Assembly: GCF_963921235.1 (NCBI RefSeq)
Contig: NC_086107.1
Span: 110,734,001-110,798,000, forward strand
Length of the DNA stretch: 64,000 nucleotides
From: Mobula hypostoma
Lineage: Eukaryota
Direction: 5' to 3'
How positions within the stretch are numbered: position 1 is the first letter of the stretch; each line of letters opens with the position of its first letter. The notes beneath the pieces are model-generated. The model worked only from the letters and a program-made list of their open reading frames with translations. It was not told the DNA's origin and ran no database searches. Of this stretch, positions 48,250 to 61,489 are shown in pieces. The position numbers and the translations under genes are program-made.

Positions 48250-49165
48250 TAATAGTCATAATCATACTTCATTGATCCCGAGGGAAATTTGGTTTCGTTA
48301 CAGTTGCACCAACCAAGAACAGAGTATAAATAAAGCAATATAAAACCATAAATAATTAAATGATAATATGTAAATTATGCCAGGAAATAAGTCCAGGGCC
48401 AGCCTATTGGCTCAGGGTGTCTGACCCTCCAAGGGGGGAGTTGTAAAGTTTGATGGCCACAGGCAGGAATGACTTCCTATGACGCTCTGTGTTGCATCTC
48501 GGTGGAATGAGTCTCTGGCTGAATGTACTCCTGTGCCCAACCAGTACATTATGTAGTGGATGGGAGACATTGTCCAAGATGGCATGCAACTTGGACAGCA
48601 TCCTCTTTTCAGACACCACCGTCAGAGAGTCCAATTCCATTCCCACAACATCACTGGCCTTACGAATGAGTTTGTTGATTCTGTTGGTGTCTGCTACCCT
48701 CAGCCTGCTGCCCCAGCACACAACAGCAAACATGATAGCACTGGCCACCACAGACTCGTAGAACATCCTCAGCATCGTCCGGCAGATGTTAAAGGACCTC
48801 TGTCTCCTCAGGAAATAGAGACGGCTCTGACCCTTCTTGTAGACAGCCTCAGTGTTCTTTGACCAGTCCAGTCTATTGTCAATTCGTATCCCCAGGTATT
48901 TGTAATCCTCCACCATGTCCACACTGACCCCCTGGATGGAAACAGGGGTCACCGGTACCTTAGCTCTCCTCACGTCTACCACCAGCTCCTTAGTCTTTTT
49001 CACGTTAAGCTGCAGATAATTCTGCTCACCCCATGTGACAAAGTTTCCAACCGTAGCCCTGTACTCAGCCTCATCTCCCTTGCTGATGCATCCAACTTTG
49101 GCAGAGTCATCAGAAAACTTCTGAAGATGGCAAGACTCTGTGCAGTAGTTGAAGTCCAAGTAGTT
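48250..49165 (-). mobile_element. Rex1-type LINE 3' fragment
   Basis: ORF nearly identical to 25058-25972 from KFSDD onward. Confidence 0.92.
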
Positions 49166-50340
49166 GAAATCCAGGTGGTCATGGTGAGAGCATGCAAACT
49201 CCACACAGACAGCACTAGGGGCACCTGGAGCTATGAGGCAGCTCTCCCTTCTCATGCCGACTCTGGTGATAGAGCTGGGAATAGGCCCTCCTGACCCTTC
49301 GAGCTGCGTTGCCCAGCAACACTAATTTAACCCTAGCCTAATCACAGGACAATTTACAATGACCAAACAACCTTCTAACTGTTATGAAATTGGACTGTGG
49401 GAGGAAACTGGAGCACCTGGAGGAAACCCACATGCTCACGGGAAGGAACATACAAACTTGCTTACAGAGGATGCCAGATTTGAACTCTGAACCCTGACAC
49501 TCTGAGCTGTAATCATGTCATGCTACCATGGCACCCTATACTGGTCTGTTTTAGGAGCAGACAGATTCTGGAGGTAGGATTATATGTCCAGTCACATTTG
49601 GGCTTGTTCCATTGTTTGAGCGGTGCAACAGAGATGAGGAGGAATTTCCTCAGCCAGAGGGTGGAGAATGTGTGGAATTCTTTGTCACAGTCAGCTGTGG
49701 AGGCCAAGTGGTAGGGTACACTTAAAGTGGAGGTTGATAGGTTCTTGATTAGAAATGGCATCAAAGGTTACGAGGAGAAGGCAAAAGAAGACGGTTGGCA
49801 GGAATAATAAATGGTAGAGCAGTCTTGATGGGATGAATGGCCTAATTCTGCTCCTATGTCTAATGGTTTTATGTTCTAACATCGGCTTCACTTGCCATAG
49901 TCCTGTTCAAGGTTGGCCTTTTGTTCCACTTGAAGTTCAGCTCCAGCAGTTCCAGTTCCTTGGACAGGGTGATGTTAGACCGGGTAACTAGAGTCAAAGA
50001 GTGACACGGCATGGAAGTGACCATGTGACCCACCACACCCATGCCCACCAGCAGGTAGCCATCTGCATTAAGTTCCATCTTCCACCACGTGGCCCATACC
50101 CTTCCAGGACATCTCAACACCGACAATGACTCAGCCTCCACCACTCCCTCTGGCAGTGCATTCCCGCTACCCACCATTCACTGGGTGAAGAGAAGCCCTC
50201 CAGCTCTTTACTGATCCTTGCCCCGTCCTCGAGGTACATTAAGATCTGATTTCTCCAGCTTCTGGCCATCTCTCTTCCCCCCTTCTCTCCTTCCCTCTTT
50301 TTCTATTTTCCATTCCAGTTACCCTGTCACTTCTTTGCTT

Positions 50341-50727
50341 CTCCCCACCTGCCCATCATCTCCCTCTGGTTCCCTTCCTCCTTCCCTTTCCCCCATGGGT
50401 GCCGATCCCTGTGCTCCTGGTGGCTCCCCATTTTAATTCAGCTTCCCATTCCCACACTGACATGGCCTTCTCCCCACCTGCCCATCATCTCCCTCTGGTT
50501 CCCTTCCTCCTTCCCTTTCCCCCATGGGTGCCGATCCCTGTGCTCCTGGTGGCTCCCCATTTTAATTCAGCTTCCCATTCCCACACTGACATGGCCTTCT
50601 CCCCACCTGCCCATCATCTCCCTCTGGTTCCCTTCCTCCTTCCCTTTCCCCCATGGGTGCCGATCCCTGTGCTCCTGGTGGCTCCCCATTTTAATTCAGC
50701 TTCCCATTCCCACACTGACATGGCCTT
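50341..50727 (+). repeat. Three tandem copies of a 129-bp PLE-derived unit
   Basis: Unit starts at 50341, 50470 and 50599; copies look identical. Confidence 0.95.
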
Positions 50728-51230
50728 CTCTACTGCGTTGATGATGGCAAATGAAGGCTGGAGGAGCCACATCTCATATTCCATCCAGGTAGCCTCCAAC
50801 CTGATTGCATGAACGTTGATTCCTCTAACTTCTAGTAATCACGCCCCTCTTTCCCCCCCTCGTTTGTTTTTCCCCATTATGGCGATCCTCTCACCCCCTT
50901 CTCTTCTCCTCATGAGCTGCCTATCACCTCCCTCCACTTCCCCACCTCCTTCCCTTTTCTCCACTTTCCTCTCTCATCAGTTATTAGCCCTTCACCTTGT
51001 CCACATCACCTCCCAGCTTCTTACGTCACTCCCCCTCACCCAGCCCATCCACCTTCCCCCTCACCTAGTCTCACCTCTCACCTTGCACCCCACCCCTCCC
51101 CCAGACTTCTTATCTGGCTTCTTCCCCGTTCCATCCCAGTCCCGACGAAGGGGCTCAACCTGAAATGTTGACGGTCTATCCGTGCTGCATGGCTTGCTAG
51201 TTCCTCCAGCTTTTTGTGCGCCTTGCCCAG
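50728..51230 (+). mobile_element. Decayed PLE GIY-YIG end and pLTR
   Basis: 'LEEPHLIFHPGSLQPDCMNVDSSNF*' and a degenerate hammerhead at about 51138-51175. Confidence 0.75.
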
Positions 51231-51634
51231 GATCCACAAGCCACTGCCGGTCTGGTGGAGACTCGGACTGCTTGCATCTTTGTCCGGAGCCACCTTGAAA
51301 CTTTACCATCAATCGGTGTCAAGATTACTTGCATACTTCTGGATTTGCAGACTGCTGCCTGTTAAGTGCTCTGAAGGATGCCAAGTGTATAATGTCCTCT
51401 GCTCCAAAGGCTTTGGTGCCAAATGGTTAAAGATCTATTATGCAGAATTCTCCTAAATGTGAGTTCTGTCCTTGCAACATGAGCACTTAAAGATTACCTG
51501 AAGAGGAAATGTTTCTGAGATCAGAAAATGAAAGACAAATTAAAAGAGTTAATTTTATTTATTTATTTAGAGATATAGCACAGAACAGGTCCTTGTTCCT
51601 AACAAGTCGCGTTGCCCGGTAACCCACCTATTTT

Positions 51635-52055
51635 GGCATGAACATTGAATTCTCCAATTTCCGGTAATTCCCTCCTCCTCCCTTCCCCCATCCCAGTTTC
51701 ACTCTGCCCCCTCCTCCAGCTGCCTATCACCTCCCTCATGGTTCCACCTACTTCTACTACCCATTGTGCTTCCTTCATTCCTTCTTCACCTTTCCTGCCT
51801 GTCACCTCCCTGCTTCCCCTCCCCCACCCCTTTATCTTTCCCCTTACTGGTTTTTCACCTGGAACCTACCAGCCTTCTCCTTCCCACCCTCCTCTCACCT
51901 TCTTTATAGGGCCCCTGTCTCCTCCCTCTTCAGTCCTGACAAAGGGCCTCGGCCCAAAACGTTGACTGTTCGTTTCCACGGATGCTGACCTACTGAGTTC
52001 CTCCAGCCTGCTGTGCGTGTTGCTTTGACCCCAGCATCTGCAGAGTGTTTTGTGT
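51635..52055 (+). mobile_element. PLE 3' end with degenerate hammerhead (51932-51967)
   Basis: GMNIEFSNFR*, then agtc-CTGACAA-A-GGGC-CTCG-GCCC-AAAACGTT-gact. Confidence 0.8.
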
Positions 52056-52482
52056 CACCTATTTAACTTTAGCCTAATTACAGGTCAACTTACAATGACC
52101 AATTAGCCTACTAACCGGTACCCCTTTGGACTGTGTGAGGGAACCCATGTGCTTCATGAGGAGAATGTGCAAACTCATTACAGACGGCGCTGGAATTGAA
52201 CTCAAAACTCTGGAATGGCCCGAGTAGTAATCATGTTGCACTATCCTCTACGCTACCCAGGTGCTCCAAGTTGACAGGGTGGTTATAGCCTTCATTAGTC
52301 GGGTGACTGACTTCAAGAGTTGTGGGGTAATGCTGCAGCTCTATACAACCCTGTTCAGACCCACACTTGGAATATTGTGTTCAGTTCTGGTTGACTCATT
52401 ATAGGAAGGATGTGGAAACTTTAGAGAAGGTGCAGAAGGGATTTACCAGGATGATGCCTGGACCAGAGAGCATGTCTTATTA

Positions 52483-52827
52483 TAGTCATTGTCATAGTGA
52501 TAGTCATACTTTATTGATCCTGGAGGAAATTGGTTTTCATTACAGTTGCACCATAAATAATAAATAGTAATAGAACCATAAATAGTTAAATAGTAATATG
52601 TAAATTATGCCAGTAGATTATGAAATAAGTCCAGGACCAGCCTATCGGCTCAGGGTGTCTGACCCTCCAAGGGAGGAGTTGTAAAGTTTGATGGCCACAG
52701 GCAGGAGTGACTTCCTATGACGCTCTGTGCTGCATCTCGCTGGAATGAGTCTCTGGCTGAATGTACTCCTGTGCCCAACCAGTACATTATGTAGTGGATG
52801 GGAGACATTGTCCAAGATGGCATGCAT
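52483..52827 (-). mobile_element. Rex1-type LINE short 3' end inside a CR1 fragment (52270-53540)
   Basis: HAILDNVSHPLHNVLVGHRSTFSQRLIP plus tail. Confidence 0.9.
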
Positions 52828-55359
52828 TATGAGGAGAGGTTGAGCGAGCTAGGGTCTTTCCCTTCAGAACAAAGGAGGATGAGAGGTGACTTGATAGTGA
52901 TGTGGAAGAGGAGGCATTGACAAAGTGGAACTTTTTTTCCTAGGGCAGAAATGAATAGATAATACAAGAGGGAATAAATTTAAGGTGATGGAGGAAACTA
53001 TAGGGGGATATCAGAGGTGGATCTTTTTACACAGAGAGTGGTGGGTGTATGGAACACACTGACAGGGGTGGTGTTAGAGGCAGATACTTTAGGGACATTT
53101 AAGACTCTCTTAGAAAGGCACAGGGTTGAAAGAAAAATGGAGGGCTATATGGGAGGGAAGGGTTGGATTGATCACAAGCTGTGGTTTCTTTCTTGGAATG
53201 AAGGAGAATGAAGGAGGATGATAGAGTGGACAGCCAGAGATATTCTTCTGCAAGGTGCAAATGGCTCATACAAAGGGACATGATTTTAAGGTGATTGGAG
53301 GAAAATATGGATGTCGGGCATAACTTTTTTTACATAGAATGGTGGGTGTGTAGAGGTCTCTGCCAGGGTTAGTGGTAAAGGCAGATACCTTAGTGGCATT
53401 TAAGAAACTTCTAGATAGGCACATGGATGATGGAGAACTGGAGGGCTGTGAGTGAAGGAAGGGTTAGATTCATGTTAGATTAGGGTAAAAGGTGGGCACA
53501 ACTTCGTGACCTGCATTGTGCTGGAATGCTCTATGTTCTATGAAAGGGCAGAGTGACAGCAAGACACAAGAGCAGATAAGGCCAGTCAAGAGGAAATAAA
53601 AACCATAGGAGAGGAACTGAAATTAACAGAGAGACAGCAGAAATTGAATGAAAATAAGGTTGCAAGGTAAGGGTTCGATTCCAGCTGCTGCTTGCAAAGG
53701 ATTTGTTCTTCCCGTGACCGTGTGGGTTTCCTCCAGGTTAGTGAGTGGTATAAAGCTAAGTGGGTGCGGGAAGTGTGGCAACACTTTCAGTATGCCCTCC
53801 CTGATCAGCGTCCTCACTGATCTGATTCGACGCAGACGACGCGTTTCACCGTACGTTTTGACGTACGTGTGACAAATAAAGCGAATCTATCTCATAAGCA
53901 AAAAGGGAAATAAAAATAGAAAAATAAAAAGCCGGCTGAGGCAAAAAAAAAGGTTGCTTCAATATGGGAAAAAAGGAAGTCAAACAGAAGAGTCAGAGAG
54001 CCATACAGCATGAAAACAGGCCATTCAGCCCAATTAGTCCATGCTGACCAAGGTGTTTATCTGCGCCAGTCTCATTTGCCTGTGTTTAGTTATTTATTTA
54101 GAGATACAGCGTGGAATGCGCCCTCACGTCCCTCTGCACCACCTAGCAACCCTCGACAACCCCTGATTTAACCCTAACCTAATCACAGGACAACTTACAA
54201 TGACCAATGAACCTGCTAACCAGTACGCCTTTGGACTGCGGGAGGAAACCGGAGCACCCGGAGGAAACCCTCGCATCCACAGGGAGAACATACGGAGACT
54301 CCTTACAGAGGACGCTGGGATTGAACTCTGAACTCCGAACTCCGAACTCCGTCACCCCGGCCTGTAATAGCGAGGCGCTAATTACTGCGCTGCTGTGGCA
54401 TCTCCCTCTAAACCTTTCCTATCCATGCACCTATGGAGATTGAAGGTAGTGAAAGAGGCACGTAATATTTGAGAAAAGAACATTTGAGGTAGCTTAGCTA
54501 CTGCCGGTTACGCTGCTGGCAGTCAGGGCAGCAACGAAGGTCCTCCATCTTTGTCTGTCCATACTGTCACAAACAGATGTAGGATTCTTCATTGCTGCTT
54601 CTGTAACAGTTTTGTTTGACCAGTTAGGGTTGTTAGCCCTGAGCAGAACCCCTGAACCTGGAGCACTCTTGGTCTGGTGGGCCACTCTTGGTCTATCCTC
54701 TATCCTTTGACCTGTTTAGCATGGGTGACCCTCCCAAGAGCCAAAGCATAAAGACCTGACTCCAGCCAACACAGCTCTCTGGGTCACTGAGGCACACAGG
54801 CCTCTAAACCAGGACAAGGTTGTGGGCCTCTTGGAGGATTTGAGGTAAACAGAGGAGGAAAGTCAAGCGGGGGGAGGGGAGGGGAGGAGGATATAGTGAA
54901 AATGGGGGAGGGAAATTAAACAGAAAGCAAGAAAGAAGCAAGGCATGGCAAAGTGGGAGATGAAGAGATAATAGAAGGGAGTCGGGAAAGGGAAAGAAAA
55001 AGACGACCATGCAGATGGAATTGTGAAGGTAGAATACAGTAGTGAGAGACAATAATTTAATTTCGAGATACAACTTGGTAACAGGCCCTTCTGGCCCAAT
55101 GAGCTTCCATATCCAATTACGCCGATGTGACAAACTAAACTACTAACCTGTACATCTTTGGAATTCATTTATTTATTAAAATACAGTGCAGAACAGGCCC
55201 TACCATCCCTTCAGGCCATTCCGCCTAGCCTAATTTAATCTTAGCCTAATGATGGGATAATTTACAGCCACCAATTAACCCACCAACTGCTACACCTTTG
55301 AACTGTGGGAGGACATTGGAGCTCCCAGAGGAAACCCACGCAGTCACGGGGTGAATATA

Positions 55360-56183
55360 CATAGTCATAGTCATAGTCATACTTTATTGATCCAGGGGGA
55401 AATTGGTTTTCATTACAGTTGCACCAGAAATAATTAAATAGTAATAAAACCATAAATAGTTAAATAGTGATATGTAGATTATGCCAGGAAATAAGTCCAG
55501 GACCAGCCTATTGGCTCAGGGTGTCTGACCCTCCAAGGGAGGAGTTGTAAAGTTTGATGGCCACAGGCAGGAATGACTTCCTATGACGCTCTGTGTTGCA
55601 TCTCGGTGGAATGAGTCTCTGGCTGAATGTACTCCTGTGCCCACCCAGTACATTATGTAGTGGATGGGAGACATTGTCCAAGATGGCATGCAACTTGGAC
55701 AGCGTCCTCTTTTCAGACACCACTGTAAGAGAGTCCAGTTCCATCCCCACATCACTGGTCTTACGAATGAGATTGTTGATTCTGTTGGTGTCTGCTACCC
55801 TCAGCCTGCTGCCCCAGCATACAACAGCAAACATGATCGCACTGGCCACCACAGACTCATAGAACATCCTCAGCATCGTCCGACAGATGTTAAACGACCT
55901 CTGTCTCCTCAGGAAATAGAGACGGCTCTGACCCTTCTTGTAGACAGCCTCAGTGTTCTTTGACCAGTCCAGTTTATTGTCAATTCGTATCCCCAGGTAT
56001 TTGTAATCCTCCACCATGTCCACACTGACCCCCTGGATGGAAACAGGGGTCACCGGTACCTTAGCTCTCCTCAGGTCTACCACCAGCTCCTTAGTCTTTT
56101 TCACATTAAGCTGCAGATAATTCTGCTCACACCATGTGACAAAGTTTCCTACCATAGCCCTGTACTCAGCTTCATCTCCCTCA
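55360..56183 (-). mobile_element. Rex1-type LINE 3' fragment inserted in a V-SINE
   Basis: ORF 55508-56188; (GACTAT)n tail; the SINE resumes at about 56184. Confidence 0.92.
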
Positions 56184-57204
56184 TACAACCTCCTTACAGG
56201 CAGTGGCAGGAATCAAACCAGGGTCGCCAGTACTTTAAAGCGTTGTGCTAGCCACCACACTACCATGCCGCTATGCTAATGTGGGAGGAAACCCGAGAAT
56301 GCAAAGGAAACCCAGTTGGTCACGGGGAGAGCGTACAAACTCCTTATAGTATTGAAACCCAGTTGCTGGTGCAGTAAATAGTCTTATGCTATGGTGTCAC
56401 CCAAATGGAACAGACATTGCTGATTGTTCTTCAGCCGTTGGGTTATTAAATTCATGTTGTGTCTGTTTATCCGTTGTATTTACGTTCGATACTCAGCTTC
56501 ACTGATGGGCTTCAAGTTGCGTGGTATCGAACCCCCATCCACAGAGGATTGAGTTGTTTGAAGCTGTGGATTGATTCCTGTGGAGTTCTGTTCTAATCAT
56601 TACTGCTGCCTGGTTCACACTGAGCTGAGGCTATTGTGGGACTGCCTTGCCATTTGGTTTTATTACTGATGTTAAAAGTTGTGAGATTTATATTGTGTAA
56701 CTCTCAGCTGAAGTGCCATAAGTGGCGGGGAGCTGCAAAAGGCTTGTACCACACAGGATATATTTACTGGTGACTCAGGAGTGAAACAGGCACTGGGACT
56801 GAGAAATTCTGGATCCCTTCCAGCAGCAGCTGGATTTGCGCCAACTCAGCCCGCGAACTATCGAAGCATTAGCGAGACTTCAGCTGAGACGGGGAATGAG
56901 AGAGCTGGGGTCCGGTGTCAGCCGACGTTCACTGTCACTGTACTCTCACCTCACGATTTCTTGAAAGTTCAAAGTAAATTTAATATTAAAGTATGTGTCT
57001 GTCACCGTATACTACCCTGGAATTCATTTTCTTGCAGGCACTCACAGCAGAACAAAGAAATATAATAGAATTAATGAAAAACTGCACACAAAGACTAACA
57101 AATAACCAATGTGCAAAAGACAAACTTTGCAAATACAAAAAACAATAATCAATTTTAAAAAGTACATAATAATACTGAGAACATGAGTTCTCACTCCAGT
57201 CCTT

Positions 57205-57755
57205 GTCGAGGGCTCACAAATGGGAAGGGCGAGCAATTTTAAGCTCTTGAGTGTCAATATCTCTGAGGATCTAACCTGGAGCCAAGGTGTCGATGCAGCT
57301 ACAAAGAAGGGACGAGAGCGGCTATATTCCATCAGGAGTTTGAGGAGATTAGCTTTGTCACCAAAAACACTTGTAAATTTCTATAGATGGACCATAGAAA
57401 ACATTCTAACTGAATGCATCACCATTTGGTATGGGGGGGGGGGGGTGTGCAGGCTACTGCACAGGATCGAAATGAGCTGCGGAGAGTTGTAAACTCGGTC
57501 AACTCCATCATGGGCTCTATGGACATGTCCGTAGTGTCCAGGACATCTTCAAGGAGCGATGGCTCAAAAAGGCGACATCCATCATTAAGGACCCCCATCA
57601 CCCAGGTCATGCCTTGTCCTCATTGCTACCATCAGGAAGGAGGTACAGGGGCCTGAAGGTACTCACTGAACATTTTAGAAACAGCTTCCTCCCCTCTACC
57701 ATCAGATTTCTGAATGGGCATTGAAACCACAAACACTACCTCACTACTTTTTTAT
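57205..57755 (+). mobile_element. Decayed Rex1-type LINE 3' fragment
   Basis: NFKLLSVNISEDLTWS..KKGRERLYSIRSLRR..NFYRWTIENILTECITIWYG. Confidence 0.8.
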
Positions 57756-57764
57756 GACGGATAT

Positions 57765-58063
57765 GGGCATCCGTTAGTCTCATGAGACCATGGATTTGCG
57801 CCTTGGAAGGTTTCCAGGGTGCAGGCCTGGGCAAGGTTGTATGGAAGACCAGCAGTTGCCCATGCTGCAAGTCTCCCCTCTCCACGCCACTGATGTTGTT
57901 CAAGGGAAGGGCACTAGGGCCGATACAGCTTGGCACCAGTGTCATTGCAGAGCAATGTGTGGTTAAGTGCCTTGCTCAAGGACACATACGCTGCCTCAGC
58001 CAAGGCTCGAACTAGCGACCTTCAAATCACTAGACGAACGCCTTAACCACTTGGCCACGCCCC
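57765..58063 (-). mobile_element. tRNA/CORE/RTE-tail SINE, second copy
   Basis: Reverse-complement homolog of 3798-4117. Confidence 0.85.
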
Positions 58064-58621
58064 AGCACTATGACATATGCCGATGATATTAAACCTGATT
58101 CTGATTCTGAATTGTAAAATGACTCTACATAGGTTGTGGAATCAGTTTAATGTTGAGGTGAGTGAAGTTACTGACGTTGGTTCAGGAGCCTGATGGTTGA
58201 AGAGTAATAACTGTTCCTGAACCTGGTGGTGTGGAGATGGAACAGTGGGTGACAATAATTTAATTTAATCGAATTTAGAGAAACAGCTTAGTAACAGGCC
58301 TTTTCGGCCCAATTGCGCCCAGGTAACTGTGTCTCCCTCTCCAAGCACAGTGAAAACTCGGTGCAGAACTGACTCCTGCACCTTGCACCCGATGGTAGTG
58401 GCGAGAAGAGAGGGAGACGTGTCAGACATGTCAGACTTATGTAGACCGGACAGGCTCAGGAGCTGGATCCTGGCTGACACGGAAAAGTGCGCTGAACACC
58501 GGTGCGTCCTTCACCCTCGCCCTCGACGCCTTAACCTTCCTAATCTGGCTTGGCGCTTAAATCGGCTGCCGAGCGGATTATTAGGGACCTGAACAGGAGA
58601 CCCTATCTCCCACCCTAACCC

Positions 58622-58935
58622 CAGCGGTACACCTCCACGATAGGGCGGCAGGGAAGCTCAGTGGCTAAACGGTGCTAACTGTTGGATCGGAGTTTGATTC
58701 CTCCTGCCGTCAGGAGTTTGCACGTTCTCCCCACGACCGCGTAGGGTTTGCTCCAGGAGCTTCGGTTTCCTCGCACCCTCCGAGGACAAACGGTTGGGAT
58801 TAGTGAGTTGCGGGCGTGCTACCTTGGCGCAGAACACTTGCGGGCTGCCCCCAGCACAATTGACATGATTTAACAAGAAACTAAGCATTACTTTGTATGT
58901 TTCAACGTACATCTGGCATGTAAAACCAAGCTTTA
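58622..58935 (+). mobile_element. V-SINE with retained CpGs
   Basis: 'gagtttgcacgttctccccacgaccgcgtagggtttgctccaggagcttcggtttcctc'. Confidence 0.75.
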
Positions 58936-59499
58936 TCCATAACTGGGTTCTTAATGGCAGTTCCACGGTTTTGCAGTTACATTTACAACTCCGATCCGCA
59001 CGATCCGCACGAAGCTAATCTTATTCTTCATATCTGTCAGTTGGCACAGTAGGTGTTGGGTCAGTCTGGAGCTGGATGAAGAGATTTGCTGTCAATTCTG
59101 AAGGACTGAAGTGAGCAGCTCCTGGGATCTTCATTGCCCCCCGCTCCCCGCTGCTGAAGGGACGTTGAACCATCTGGTCACAGACAAACACACAACATTC
59201 GAGAAGCATAAGGGAGCGCTGTGGCCAATATTTATCTTTCAAAGAACACCACCAAAGCACTGACACACACATTGTTTAACTACACCACAGTGCATGTGGG
59301 AGTTAATTGTGCACACACTGACTTCTCTAATATTATTAGAAAGGACAGTGATCCCACTGAGTTTCATTCCCAGCAAATAAAACATTGCATTCATGCTCTC
59401 ACTGGCCACTTTATCATATACCTCCTGTACCCAATAAAGTGACCACAGAGTGAATGGTTGTGGTCTTCTTCTGCTACTCGAGTCATGTGTGGGTTTCCC

Positions 59500-60265
59500 A
59501 ACCATTCTGATGTCGTTGTCCAATGCTATTAAGCAAGGAGTCTGTGGACCCAAAGGTTGGGAATGCCTATCCTAAGGGGTCGTCTATTGATGGGTCCTCA
59601 TGTGGCTGTCGAGGCCAATCTGGGATCCACAGATTCTGGTGCAATGTGGGCAAGAGTAAGTGGTGGTTATAGTTCGTGGTTGGGTCTTTTGGTTTTTTCA
59701 GTCTCTTCTTTCGCGGTTGCCACTTGTTCTTTGCGGCCCAGTGGAGGTCATTCTCATGTAACGCAGCTCCCTCTTGAACAGATTTCCCCCAGGTGCATCT
59801 ATTGAGTGAAATCTGTTCCCAGTTTTTTGGTGAAATGCTAAATTTCTTCAGGCTGATTTTATCTTCGAAGCATTACCTTTGCCCACCAGGAGCTCGCTGA
59901 CCATCCTTCAGCTGGGAGTAAAGGATCAGTTCACGTTGGCCTCCTCCAATACACTGGTGTTTGTGCGTCTGAGTCCTAGCTGATCCTCAAAATCTTTTGA
60001 AAGGAACTTTGGTGGTATTGATCCAGTGCTTTCAGAAGCCTACTGTAGGTAGTCCATGATTCAGCTTGGTACACTAAAGGAGAAAGGACAATTGCTCTAT
60101 AGACCAAAAGTTTTGTTTGGACCTGTAGGTCGCTGTCTTCAAAGACTCTTTTCCTTAATCTTGCATAAGCTCCAGGTGACTAAGGCGATAGTGATTTTTG
60201 AGTTGATGTCTGCTTTTGAGGAGAGGATGCTGCCAAGGTAGGGAAAGTAGTCTCCATAGAAGTTG
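59500..60265 (-). mobile_element. Decayed RTE LINE fragment
   Basis: Minus strand 'DYFPYLGSILSSKADINSKI', later 'WTTYSRLLKALDQYHQSSFQKILRIS*'. Confidence 0.65.
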
Positions 60266-61489
60266 AGTCATCCGATAAAATGGGATCATAGTTCTAAAGT
60301 GGGGCTTTTAGCAGTGGTGACCAACCTCTGGGGCAAAGAGTGGAGGGAGGGGTTTGGGACGTGGGGGAGGAGGGAGTGATGGAGGTTTTGGAAGAAGATT
60401 CCTGAGCACAGACCATGCACCAGGCATGTGTGACCAGAGGGAGGAGCTCAGGAGGTGTGCAGGTTGGAGAGTCATAGACATAGAGTGACACAGCGCAGAA
60501 ACAGTCCATTCAGCCCATCACAGCCATTCTAACCCTTCACCCATCTGCATGAATCCCATTTTCCTGCATCAGGACTCCATGTCTTGCCCCATCTGTGAAA
60601 TAACTCTTTAATGCAGTAATTTTAACAGATTTCACTATGTGTGTTCCAGAGATTAACTTTTTAAAACCATTTATTTATAAGTATATTATGGTATAGGCCC
60701 TTTTGTCCCTTTGAGCCACTCCACCACAGCAATCCCCCCGATTTAATCCTAGCCTGATCACGGGACAATTTACAATGACCAATTAATCTATTAATCAGTA
60801 TACCTTTGGACTGTGGGAAGAAACTGGAGCCGCCGGATAAAACATGCATTCCACGGGGAGGACATACGAACTCCTTACGGATGCTGAACTCCAACACCCT
60901 GAGCTGTAATAGTGTTGTGCTACCGTGGCGACCAACTATGTTTAAATTCGATCAGATGCAATGTTGTTTAAGAGAAGACTTTTAAAGAGTCCCCTCTAAA
61001 TCTCCTACCTCTCTTATTTAAAGTTATACCCTCCTGTTTTTATTTATTTTAGAGATAGGCAGGGCATGAAGGGATATGGGGAGAAGTCAGGAGGTTGGGG
61101 CTGAGAGGGGAAATGGATCAGCCATGATGAAATAGTAGAGCAGACTCGATGGGCCAAATGGCAACATTTTGCTCCTATATCTTATGGTCTTAGATAACAT
61201 GTTCATACCCCTGCCAGTCCAATGGGCCCTCGCTGCCCAACTACATCCCTGTGACCAATTAGCTTACTAACCGGTATGTCTTTGGAATGTGGGAGGAAAC
61301 CAGAGCACCTGGAGGAAATCCAAGCGGTCATTAGGAGAATGTATAATCTCTTTACACTCATCAGTGGAATTGATCCCAGGTTGCTGGCATTGTAAAAGCA
61401 TTACACTAACTGCTATGGAAGGGGCCAGCAGCCAGAATCGCCATGAAATTTCCCTTTCATGCACCATTTTTTGAAATCGCCTATATTTG

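Noticed and set aside
50341..50727. CRISPR-like array
   Set aside because: Contiguous identical 129-bp units with no unique spacers, in a eukaryotic context
56536..56572. atccacag...ctgtggat hairpin as a pre-miRNA
   Set aside because: Only an 8-bp stem, too short for a pre-miRNA
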